Assembly (NCBI GenBank): GCA_044870765.1 | Contig: JBIOZG010000012.1 | Location: 1 to 64,000 of the forward strand | Direction: 5' to 3' | DNA: 64,000 bases | Origin: Nitrososphaeraceae archaeon | GTDB taxonomy: Archaea > Thermoproteota > Nitrososphaeria > Nitrososphaerales > Nitrososphaeraceae | Shown: piece by piece, positions 18,413-27,723 of the stretch | How positions within the stretch are numbered: position 1 is the first letter of the stretch | How the letters are laid out: every line of letters begins with the position of its first letter | Translations under genes and position numbers: made by a program | The notes under the pieces: generated by a model | The model's database searches: none | Told to the model about the DNA's origin: nothing | Seen by the model: only the letters and a program-made list of their open reading frames with translations

Positions 18413-20039
18413 GTAGATCCTCCTCAATTCCAAGTTCTCTTGCCAAAGGTATTAGCATATTTTTACGTGACTTAATCCAGTCAGATCTCATGTCATTTAT
18501 AGTTGCCAATTCCAATAGTTTTGTTTCAATTGCAACATTAGCCTTGTGTCTTAACTGTATGATATTAGAGTTGATATCAGGGGATCCATACACGGCATTA
18601 CCGGCCACCATAATTCTGGCTCCTGCATCAAATACTTGTTGAAGGGTTGTTGCATCAATACCTCCATCAGCTTCTATGAATCCCTTGTAGTTGTTGCTCT
18701 TCAATGTTTTGACAATTTCGGCCATCTTATCCAGTGTTTCCGGAATAAATTTTTGTCCTGCAAATCCGGGATTCACGGACATAATTATCATAATATCGAT
18801 GTTATCGAGGTGTTCAAGTATCCAGCCCGGAAATTGAGTTGCAGGATTTATTGCAATTCCAGGACTGATACCAGCATTTAGTAGCATTTTATTAATTTCT
18901 AAAAATTCTGATTCGTTACACGCTTCCACATGTACTGTAACAATATCACAACCTGCTTCAATGTATTCTTGTATATGATTGACAGGTTTATCTATCATCA
19001 AATGAGCATCAAAAGGGATGCTAGATATTTTTCTCAGATGCTTAATAGTATCTGCAAAAAATGAAGTACTGGGAACAAATTTTCCATCCATTATATCCAA
19101 GTGAATAAAATCTGCTCCTGCCCGTTCTGCTCTTCTTACTTTTTCTTCATAATTCTCAGGCTCTCCCGCAATAATTGAAGGGGCTATCAAAATCTCACTT
19201 TGAAGTTCTTCCAGTAAAATTGGAACATGTTTCTTGGGAGGTGCTTTGCCGTGCCATTGTGGATTATTCGCCATATGCTTGATTCCCTTACCCTTTGTAG
19301 TATTCGCGATTATTATTGATGGCTTGTCTTCTACCTTTTCGATTCTGCTCAAAGCGTCGATTATCTGTTCTATCTTATGTCCATTAACCTCCACGACATT
19401 CCAATTAAACGCTGCCCATTTGTCTCTAACGGGATCCAGAGGCATTATTTCTTCTGTAAAACCATCCTGCTGGATCTTGTTCCTATCTAGGATAGCTACT
19501 AGATTGTCAAGTTTAAATTTTGACGCGGCCATTGCTGCCTCCCAGATTTGGCCCTCATTTGATTCACCATCACCGATTAAAGTATAAACTCTATTCTTCT
19601 GACCATCTCGCTTTCTCGCAAGTGCAATTCCGATTGATACGGATAAACCAATTCCTTCAGATCCGCCTGAATATTCTATGCCGGGGAAGCTATGTTCTTT
19701 TTGTCGCTCCGAATATCTAACAGGATGGCCTTGTAGGCGAGAACCAAGCTTTCGCAGTGTCTTTATCTCCTTAGTATCAATATAACCAGCAGTCGCTAAA
19801 ACTGCATAAAATCCCGGAGCGGAATGGGCTTTTGAATTAATGAAATAGTCTCTTTCTTCCCAGAATGGATCCGTTGGTCGATTTTTCATTTTGTGAAAAT
19901 ATAGGACTCCCATAATTTCTGCTGCTGAAAATGATGCTCCTGGATGTCCAGAACCAGCTTCCGCGATCCCTTGAATCGCCAACATTCTTACATCTCTTAT
20001 TTTCCTATTGAGCTCAAGATATCTCATTTTTAGAGCCAT
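18399..20039 (-). CDS. fusion of transketolase N-terminal subunit and ribulose-phosphate 3-epimerase
   Basis: SGHPG, LQGHP, GDGESNEG, WHGKAP followed by IAPSI, HLDIMDG, DAHLM, MSVNPGFAGQKF, ADGG. Confidence 0.93.
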   Translation of the reverse strand: MALKMRYLELNRKIRDVRMLAIQGIAEAGSGHPGASFSAAEIMGVLYFHKMKNRPTDPFWEERDYFINSKAHSAPGFYAVLATAGYIDTKEIKTLRKLGSRLQGHPVRYSERQKEHSFPGIEYSGGSEGIGLSVSIGIALARKRDGQKNRVYTLIGDGESNEGQIWEAAMAASKFKLDNLVAILDRNKIQQDGFTEEIMPLDPVRDKWAAFNWNVVEVNGHKIEQIIDALSRIEKVEDKPSIIIANTTKGKGIKHMANNPQWHGKAPPKKHVPILLEELQSEILIAPSIIAGEPENYEEKVRRAERAGADFIHLDIMDGKFVPSTSFFADTIKHLRKISSIPFDAHLMIDKPVNHIQEYIEAGCDIVTVHVEACNESEFLEINKMLLNAGISPGIAINPATQFPGWILEHLDNIDIMIIMSVNPGFAGQKFIPETLDKMAEIVKTLKSNNYKGFIEADGGIDATTLQQVFDAGARIMVAGNAVYGSPDINSNIIQLRHKANVAIETKLLELATINDMRSDWIKSRKNMLIPLARELGIEEDLHAIK

Positions 20040-20304
20040 TTAGATACCCCAAATAGAACCCAAGGCCACCATCATTGGATATTTATTGTAAAAAGATTGT
20101 ACGATAAAAACATATGGAATTTTCATCATTCATGTTCTAACTTTTCTGTTACAACAGTATCAGGATAATTGATTTGACTTGTTCAACTAATTTTACAAAA
20201 CTATTCATCGAAAATGGCGACATTGGTAAAATTCAATATGAATTGCAATTTTCATGGAACATGGATGCATTTAGATTTATTAGAAATAATAACCAATACT
20301 ACGC

Positions 20305-22128
20305 ATGAGCGAATATGAGGATCTAAAAACTGGAGACATAATTGCTGAAGCACTCATTGATTGGAAGGTCGATGTTGTTTTTGGTATTCCTGGAGACAGT
20401 ATTAACGGGTTCATAGAGGCCTTAAGAGTGAGAAGAGACAAGATAAAATTTGTTCTTGTAAGACATGAGGAATCTGCTGCATTGATGGCTTGTGGATATG
20501 CAAAGTATACTGGAAAACTGGGTGTATGTACGTCGATTGCAGGTCCTGGAGCCATTCATCTTTTAAACGGATTATATGACGCAAAGGCGGATAACACTCC
20601 TGTTATCGTTATTACAGGAGGAACATCCACCGATTTAATGAATTCAAGTTTTCAACAGGATGTAAATTTGCTGAATCTTTTTTCTGACGTTGCTGTTTAC
20701 AATAGTATGATAGGTTCACCGCGACAGGCAGAAATGGCTGTAGATATAGCATGTAGAACTGCATATGTTCGTAAAGGTGTAAGCCACCTTAACATTCCAA
20801 ATGACGTACAGGAACAAAAACTGGAGGGTCATTATTCAAGACATAAAGTTCCAGGTCATACGTCTGACATCTTTGTTGGCCCCATTTCAGCTGACATACT
20901 AATGATTAAGAAAGCTGCAGAAATTCTGAACAATGGAAAAAAAATTGTCATATTAGTTGGTCAAGGAGCCTTGAATGCTTCAGAAGAAGTAATAATTGCA
21001 GCACAGAAACTAAATGCGCCCATAATAAAAGCAATGCTGGGAAAAGCCGTCGTTCCAGACGACCATCCATACACTTTGGGGGGCATTGGTTTCTTGGGAA
21101 CTGAACCTTCTAGTGACGCCATGACTGAAAGTGATACGTTATTTATGATAGGAACATCTTTTCCATATATTGAGTATCTGCCTAGGCCAGGACAGGCTGT
21201 AGGGATTCAAATTGACATAAAACCTGAAAAAATTGGTTTAAGATATCCGGTCAAAATAGGTCTAATAGGCGATTCCAAACAAATCTTGTCACAGCTGATT
21301 CCGTTACTAACAGATAGAAGTACTACGAATGTAGATAATGATCCAAGTTTGGAATTCTTAAAATCAAAGCAACAAGCAATGAAAAAATGGAATGAGATTT
21401 TAACCGAACAAAGCAGTCGTGTAGATGAACCAATAAAGCCTCAAGTTATTACTGCTGCAGTATCAGAGGAATTAGACGAAGACGCAATAATATCAGTAGA
21501 TAGTGGAATCAATACCTGCTGGGCGGCTAGATTTTTAAAAATAAAAAAGGGTATGAAATTTTCAGGATCCGGATCTCTTGCAACGATGGGATGCGGAGTA
21601 CCATATGCCATTGCCGCCAAGATTGCATATCCGGAAAGACAAAGTATTGCATTCGTCGGAGATGGTGGTTTTACTATGCTTATGAGCGAATTTGCAACTG
21701 CAGTTCAATATCATCTCCCCATTAAAGTCATAATATTGAATAACAAAATTTTAGGAATGATAAGATGGGAACAGATGGCATTTCTCGGCAATCCAGAATA
21801 TGGAATAGAATTTTCACAAATAGATTTTGTAAAAATTGCTGAAGCATGTGGGGGTAAGGGATTTTCAATAAGTAAAATGAAAGAAGTAAAACCTGTTATT
21901 CATGAAGCTTTAATGGAAAGGAACGTGCCAGTTATAGTTGATGCACACGTAGATCCATTTGAAGCTCCGTTACCTCCAAAAATAAGTATAGAGTTTATTA
22001 GAAATATTGCAAAAGCGTTTGCAAAAGGACAACCGTATGCAAAAGAAATTGGACTCACATTATCAATAGATCAACTACATGAAAAGCTGAGGCATTTACA
22101 TTCACACAAACAAGAAAACGAAAAATGA
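20305..22128 (+). CDS. TPP-dependent pyruvate oxidase/dehydrogenase (PoxB-like)
   Basis: GIPGDS, RHEESAA, GPGAIHLLNGLYDAK, GTSFPY, GDGG...NN TPP motif. Confidence 0.85.
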   Translation: MSEYEDLKTGDIIAEALIDWKVDVVFGIPGDSINGFIEALRVRRDKIKFVLVRHEESAALMACGYAKYTGKLGVCTSIAGPGAIHLLNGLYDAKADNTPVIVITGGTSTDLMNSSFQQDVNLLNLFSDVAVYNSMIGSPRQAEMAVDIACRTAYVRKGVSHLNIPNDVQEQKLEGHYSRHKVPGHTSDIFVGPISADILMIKKAAEILNNGKKIVILVGQGALNASEEVIIAAQKLNAPIIKAMLGKAVVPDDHPYTLGGIGFLGTEPSSDAMTESDTLFMIGTSFPYIEYLPRPGQAVGIQIDIKPEKIGLRYPVKIGLIGDSKQILSQLIPLLTDRSTTNVDNDPSLEFLKSKQQAMKKWNEILTEQSSRVDEPIKPQVITAAVSEELDEDAIISVDSGINTCWAARFLKIKKGMKFSGSGSLATMGCGVPYAIAAKIAYPERQSIAFVGDGGFTMLMSEFATAVQYHLPIKVIILNNKILGMIRWEQMAFLGNPEYGIEFSQIDFVKIAEACGGKGFSISKMKEVKPVIHEALMERNVPVIVDAHVDPFEAPLPPKISIEFIRNIAKAFAKGQPYAKEIGLTLSIDQLHEKLRHLHSHKQENEK

Positions 22129-22265
22129 TTAATGTAAACCACCAAAGCAATTCAAATTTCAAGATGGGTATTATCAAGTTAGAATCCTACTTTGTAGTCT
22201 GAATCCAAATACTGAAAATTATTGTAGTAGAATCTCTGGCCAGGAAATACCACACATATTTAACG

Positions 22266-22339
22266 AGCCTTGGCCGGGATTTGGACCCGGGACCTTTGCC
22301 TTACCAAGGCAACGCTCTACCAGGCTGAGCTACCAAGGC
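22266..22339 (-). tRNA. tRNA-Thr(GGT), intron-less
   Basis: Acceptor GCCTTGG/CCAAGGC, D-stem GCTC/GAGC, anticodon arm TTGCC-TTGGTAA-GGCAA, T-stem CCGGG/CCCGG. Confidence 0.95.
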
Positions 22340-22450
22340 ATATCAAAAACAAACATAGAACGAATCTAGGGTTTCATTAAGATATCTAATGCCAAGTATA
22401 CTAACTATAACGTTTAATTACCATCCATTTATCAAATCTGATTGGTTCAT

Positions 22451-22567
22451 GCGGGGGTTGTAGAGCCTGGCCAAATAATACAGATTTGGAAACGCAGGAC
22501 TTAAGATCTAATAAAATTGGGGATCCTGTCCTTCAGGGGTTCGTGGGTTCGAATCCCACCTCCCGCA
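22451..22567 (+). tRNA. tRNA-Leu(TAA) with two introns (22477-22491 in the D-arm; about 22506-22522 at 37/38)
   Basis: Acceptor GCGGGGG/CTCCCGC, anticodon TAA at 22502-22504, stem CAGGA/TCCTG; removing both inserts gives a standard Leu cloverleaf. Confidence 0.92.
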
Positions 22568-22878
22568 TTCACAAAACATCCATGGATTATCGTTAGCCTC
22601 AGTTTTAGTTTTATTCACTTATTGTGGTAGTGTGAATCAATTACAAATCTACACTATTGAGGTACATTATTTTTTTGATATTCATAAAAAGAACAGCAGT
22701 ACAACATGATAAAGTAGGACTCCTAGTATGAGCCTTATGGTAAAGATATGATTCACATTTTCAAGTAGTTTGGTTACAACTCATTGCAATAGGTAAACAG
22801 CTATAGACCAGCCGAGTTTTGACAAAGAAGAATTCAAAATCATGAAAAATTAAATATGAAAAAAAGTACCATTAAACC

Positions 22879-25185
22879 ATGAGTATGAAAGGGCCTCTTG
22901 ACATCATATTTGGAACTTATGAGAAACTACAAGATAATGTCAGCAAATACCAAAAAGTCGTTGGAAGACCATTGACAGCGTCGGAGAAAATTCTCATGGG
23001 TCACACTCATGATTCAAATATAGTTAGAGAAATTCGAGCCGGATCCGATTACGTATTTCTTGATCCAGATAGAGTCGCATTGCAGGACGTAACAGGTCAG
23101 ATGACACTTTTACAATTCATGCAGTCGGGTCTCACACGGGTAGTTGTCCCAACTACCGTGCACTGCGATCATTTAATTCAAGCAAGGACTGGTAGTGAGT
23201 CAGATACTAAGCTCGCCATATATGAAAATAATGAGGTATACAACTTTTTAGAATCCGCTTCAAAAAAGTATGGAATTGGATTTTGGAAACCAGGTTCCGG
23301 AATTATTCATCAGGTAGTCCTTGAAAATTATGCCTTTCCAGGAGGATTGATGATAGGAACCGATTCACATACTCCTAACGCAGGTGGCCTCGGAATGATA
23401 GCGATAGGGGTAGGTGGTCTTGATGCTGCCGAAGTAATGGCAGGTATGTCATGGGAACTCTTGTATCCGAGACGCATCGGTGTATATCTTACAGGGAAAC
23501 TCAATGGATGGACATCGCCAAAGGATATCATACTTTACGTAGCGTCCAAGCTTACGGTCTACGGGGCGACTAACGCAATTGTAGAATACTTTGGTCCTGG
23601 TTCAAGTACCATTAGCTGCACGGGGAAGGCTACAATTACCAATATGGGAGCAGAGATTGGTGCTACTTGTTCCCTATTCTCGTACGATGAAAAGATGGAA
23701 ACCTATCTTCGTGCTACAAAACGGCAGGACATCGCAGATCTAGCAGATAAGTATAAAGAATTATTTGCGTTGGATAGAGAAATTGAAGAAGATATTTCAA
23801 ATAACAGAAAAAATGCACAGCGTTATTTTGATCAATTGATAGAGATAGATCTATCCAATCTTGAGCCGTATATAGTAGGTCCACATACACCCGATCTGGC
23901 TAGACCAATTTCAAAAATGGCAAGTGATGTCAAAACCAATAACTATCTAGATGCAATTTCTGTTGCTCTAATTGGAAGCTGTACTAATTCATCCTATGAG
24001 GATATGTCAAGAGCATCGGATATTGCCGAACAGGCCAAGTCAAAAGGAGTAAAAGTAAAGGTTCCTCTCCAAGTTACTCCGGGATCTGAGATGATTCGTG
24101 GAACAATAGAACGGGACGGGCAGATGAAATCTTTAGTAGATATTGGAGCAAACGTGCTAGCAAATGCATGTGGTCCTTGTATTGGACAATGGAATAGGCC
24201 TGAGCTTAAGAAAGACGAACCTAATATTATCGTCACATCTTACAATAGAAATTTTCCTGGTCGTAATGATGGAAGCAGAGAAACTATGAATTTTATTGGG
24301 AGTCCAGAGATGGTGATAGCGTTAGCCTTAGGGGGAAAGCTTTCTTTCAATCCTTTAGTAGATGAACTGATTGCAAGTGATGGAACTGGATTCATATTGA
24401 GACCTCCAAAGACTGCGCCAGAGATACCTTCTAATGGTTTTGTATATAATCAGGATGTCTACATCCCTCCTAGTGAAGACTACAAAGATCAGCAAGTTCA
24501 AATTGATCCAAATAGTTCTAGACTCCAGAAACTGGAGCCGTTTCCTAAGTGGGACGGAAAGGATTTTGAAACGATACCAATTTTGGTAAAGATTAAAGGA
24601 AAATGTACTACCGATCATATTTCCCCTGCGGGTCCATGGTTGATGTACAGAGGGCATCTAGACAAAATAAGTGACAATCTCCTCCTTGGCGCAGTTAATG
24701 CCTTCCACCCGGATCAAATTGGAAAAGGTAAGAACATCTTGAATAATGAAATAGAATTACTCTCCTACATCGCTCGACAATACAAATCAAAAAAGATTAG
24801 GTGGATAATAATTGGAGACACTAACTATGGCGAAGGTAGCAGTAGAGAGCACGCAGCAATGACACCACGTTATTTGGGATGCTGCGCGGTAATCGTAAAG
24901 AGCTTCGCCAGGATTCACGAAACTAACCTAAAAAAACAAGGAATCCTTGCTCTTACATTTGTAGAGCCCACAGATCATGAAAAGATATTAGAAGATGATA
25001 ACGTAAGCATATTGGGCCTTAAGGATTTGCAGGAAGGAAGTTATGTTAAATGCATTATCCATCATAGTAATGCTATTGATGAAGAAATATTATTAAAACA
25101 CTCATACAACTCGTTACAGGTAGAATGGTTCAAGGCCGGTTCTGCACTTAACTTGATGCGTACAACGTGTCAAAGTGACTTATGA
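22879..25185 (+). CDS. acnA: aconitate hydratase (mitochondrial-type AcnA)
   Basis: VHCDH, GTDSHT, GSCTNSSYED, ACGPCIG, TTDHISPAG, YGEGSSREHA. Confidence 0.96.
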   Translation: MSMKGPLDIIFGTYEKLQDNVSKYQKVVGRPLTASEKILMGHTHDSNIVREIRAGSDYVFLDPDRVALQDVTGQMTLLQFMQSGLTRVVVPTTVHCDHLIQARTGSESDTKLAIYENNEVYNFLESASKKYGIGFWKPGSGIIHQVVLENYAFPGGLMIGTDSHTPNAGGLGMIAIGVGGLDAAEVMAGMSWELLYPRRIGVYLTGKLNGWTSPKDIILYVASKLTVYGATNAIVEYFGPGSSTISCTGKATITNMGAEIGATCSLFSYDEKMETYLRATKRQDIADLADKYKELFALDREIEEDISNNRKNAQRYFDQLIEIDLSNLEPYIVGPHTPDLARPISKMASDVKTNNYLDAISVALIGSCTNSSYEDMSRASDIAEQAKSKGVKVKVPLQVTPGSEMIRGTIERDGQMKSLVDIGANVLANACGPCIGQWNRPELKKDEPNIIVTSYNRNFPGRNDGSRETMNFIGSPEMVIALALGGKLSFNPLVDELIASDGTGFILRPPKTAPEIPSNGFVYNQDVYIPPSEDYKDQQVQIDPNSSRLQKLEPFPKWDGKDFETIPILVKIKGKCTTDHISPAGPWLMYRGHLDKISDNLLLGAVNAFHPDQIGKGKNILNNEIELLSYIARQYKSKKIRWIIIGDTNYGEGSSREHAAMTPRYLGCCAVIVKSFARIHETNLKKQGILALTFVEPTDHEKILEDDNVSILGLKDLQEGSYVKCIIHHSNAIDEEILLKHSYNSLQVEWFKAGSALNLMRTTCQSDL

Positions 25186-25200
25186 TTGATTATGAAAATG

Positions 25201-25839
25201 TTATTGTTGGAAACTTTTCTTTTTCCAATTAGTTACCAATTCAATGAACAATCTGTGCATTCTATAATCACCAGATAATTCGGGATGAAAAGAAGTCCCA
25301 ATTATATTTTCTTGCCTTACAGCCACTATTTTTCCGCCAAACTTACTCAGGATTTGAACTGTCGGACCTACTGAAATTACAGATGGCGCGCGTATAAAAA
25401 TTCCCTTATAGCTATTTTTAATTCCAGAAATTTCCAAGTCGGATTCAAACGAGTCGTGCTGTCGCCCAAATGAGTTCCTCTCTATTTCGATATCTAAAAT
25501 CCCTAGCAATAATTGTTTCTTGTCTCCAATGACCTTATCATATGACTTTTTGGCCAACACAATCATGCCAGCGCACGTTCCCATTACAGGTAAACCTCTT
25601 TGCATCATTCTTGTTATCGCATGTAATAATTCATCCTTTAGAGAAATCAGCAAGCCCATCACTGTACTCTCACCTCCAGGAATGATCAACCCGTCAATCT
25701 TCATGATTTCTTCAGGATAGCGAACAGAAATAACTTTACCTTTCAGATTCATTTCCCTTAATGCAACTGTAGTTGCTTTGATATTTTCTTCAATATCACC
25801 CTGAAGTCCTAATACTCCAATTAGTAACTCATTACTCAT
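25201..25839 (-). CDS. pdxT: PLP synthase glutaminase subunit
   Basis: GLQG, PGGEST, GTCAG, FHPEL. Confidence 0.96.
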   Translation of the reverse strand: MSNELLIGVLGLQGDIEENIKATTVALREMNLKGKVISVRYPEEIMKIDGLIIPGGESTVMGLLISLKDELLHAITRMMQRGLPVMGTCAGMIVLAKKSYDKVIGDKKQLLLGILDIEIERNSFGRQHDSFESDLEISGIKNSYKGIFIRAPSVISVGPTVQILSKFGGKIVAVRQENIIGTSFHPELSGDYRMHRLFIELVTNWKKKSFQQ

Positions 25840-26807
25840 ATCGTAGGCCCCCTTTCTTGCATTCTTAAATCAAGATTCTTAGTGTCAAGACCAAGCATCG
25901 ATTTTTTTTCATCAACCATTTTCTGCGCCTCCAGAACTATCTTGGGGTCGTCAAAATAAGTGGTTGCGATAACAACGGCTTTAGCTCTTTCAAGTGGGTC
26001 CTCTGCTTTAAAAATTCCCGAACCAACAAATATCCCGTCACAACCAAGATTCATTAGAAGTGCAGCGTCAGCTGGTGTGGATATGCCTCCCGCAGCAAAA
26101 TTTACAACTGGAAGTCTTCCAAGCCTTGCAGTTTCCTTGACAATTTCAAATGAAGATTGTAGCTCCCTTGAAATCTTGATTAGTTCTTGGTCATCGTTAT
26201 TGTTGTAAATACCCTTTATTTTTGTAATTTCATTATTTACCAACCTTATGTGAGTTACTGCATGTGATACATCGCCTGTTCCTGGTTCACCTTTTGTTCT
26301 TATCATTGAAGCACCCTCCTCTATTCTTCTAAGGGCCTCTCCCAGATTCTTGGCTCCATTAACGAATGGGGTGGTGTAATTCCACTTCCAAATATGTCTA
26401 CCTTCATCTGCTGGACTGAGTACTTCACTTTCATCTATCATATCCACTCCTATTTCTTCAAGAATACTTGCCTCAGATGCATGACCTATTCTGCACTTAG
26501 CCATTATTGGTATACTGACACCATCTAACACTGTTTCAATTATTTTTACACTTGCAGTTCTTGCTACTCCACCTGCATGTCTTACATCATAAGGGAGCTT
26601 GTCTAACACCATAACAGCTACTGCTCCAGCATCTTCGGCTATTTGGGCTTGCTCTACGTTTGTTACATCCATTATTACACCATGTTTTTGCATGTGCGCA
26701 AATCCCCGCTTTATCAAGGTCGTTCCGGACGAAATCTCCTTTGTGTCAACTGTTGAAACCTTAACTCCAGCCGACAGCGGATGTGCACCTACTTGGGATA
26801 TTGTCAT
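25836..26807 (-). CDS. pdxS: PLP synthase lyase subunit
   Basis: [37 protein letters not shown]. Confidence 0.97.
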   Translation of the reverse strand: MTISQVGAHPLSAGVKVSTVDTKEISSGTTLIKRGFAHMQKHGVIMDVTNVEQAQIAEDAGAVAVMVLDKLPYDVRHAGGVARTASVKIIETVLDGVSIPIMAKCRIGHASEASILEEIGVDMIDESEVLSPADEGRHIWKWNYTTPFVNGAKNLGEALRRIEEGASMIRTKGEPGTGDVSHAVTHIRLVNNEITKIKGIYNNNDDQELIKISRELQSSFEIVKETARLGRLPVVNFAAGGISTPADAALLMNLGCDGIFVGSGIFKAEDPLERAKAVVIATTYFDDPKIVLEAQKMVDEKKSMLGLDTKNLDLRMQERGPTI

Positions 26808-27093
26808 CTAATATTTTTTCTAATTTGCATTATTTAGGTATTAGTTTTCTCAGAAATCACAACTCCAAAAAGATGTTTTACTCTCACCCCCATAGCCCCC
26901 ATTTGTATCATACCTGCTATTTCAGCCCAATCGCACCTTTCTTGGGCCACCCCGTCGTTTATTGATAAACGTTGGATAAACTAAAAGCTAGTCTGAACTG
27001 TTGATATCATTGTGCATAGGTTTCTCATTTAAAGAACGTAGTATCCAGAGAATAGAACTAAATAGACATAGTTGGTTAAATAATGTCAAATTT

Positions 27094-27723
27094 ATGTTAG
27101 AGCCCTTGGACAAAGCTATTCTTACAGCCATCTATGTTTCTTCACTTGAACCAGAAATGCTGCCATTAGAATACTTAAAAGTACGGACGCCTATTTCAGA
27201 AGATCAGTTCAATGTAAAAATTAAAGAAATGATAAAAAATGACTTCATAGAAAAGTCTGAGCGTCTCAGATTAACTTTTCTTGGAAGAGGGTTACTAAAA
27301 ATTGTATTAATCGGTGGCGTATTTGACATAGTACACCCAGGTCATATTCATACTCTAAAGGACGCAAAAAAACAAGGAGATGTATTGGTGGTCGTCGTAG
27401 CCAGAAGTTCTACAGCACTCAAAATTAACAAACAGAGAAAAATATATCATGCAGAAAGCCTTAGGAGGGAGTTGGTTTCATCAATTAGATATGTAGATTA
27501 TGCAATAATTGGAAGAGAGGGAACGCTGTATGACACAGTCGAATTTGTAAAACCAGACATTATTGCCTTAGGGTACGATCAAATACATACCGAGAAGGAA
27601 ATAGCGGTCAATTGTGCAAAAAGGGGAATAAATACTCAGATAATTCGCTTGAATACACCATTTCCTGGTTCGAAGAGTACGCAAATCAAGGAAGAATTAG
27701 GTCATTCAATTTATGATATATGA
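27094..27723 (+). CDS. ribL: FAD synthetase (cytidylyltransferase-like) with N-terminal winged-helix-like domain
   Basis: GGVFDIVHPGH, PDIIALGYDQ, KSTQIK; next to riboflavin kinase; ATG at 27094 preferred over TTG at 27001. Confidence 0.8.
   Translation: MLEPLDKAILTAIYVSSLEPEMLPLEYLKVRTPISEDQFNVKIKEMIKNDFIEKSERLRLTFLGRGLLKIVLIGGVFDIVHPGHIHTLKDAKKQGDVLVVVVARSSTALKINKQRKIYHAESLRRELVSSIRYVDYAIIGREGTLYDTVEFVKPDIIALGYDQIHTEKEIAVNCAKRGINTQIIRLNTPFPGSKSTQIKEELGHSIYDI

Noticed and set aside
20059-20068. CCAAGGC as an att-site copy of the tRNA-Thr 3' end flanking the pyruvate oxidase gene
   Set aside because: Only 7 bp, inverted rather than direct, and no integrase; chance match.
26783-26965. 60-aa His/Pro-rich + strand ORF
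   Set aside because: Overlaps the pdxS start in antisense and its composition simply reflects C-runs; the region is treated as a candidate ncRNA instead.
27001-27093. Extra 31 N-terminal residues on FAD synthetase
   Set aside because: TTG-started extension through promoter-like AT-rich DNA; ATG 27094 is more plausible.
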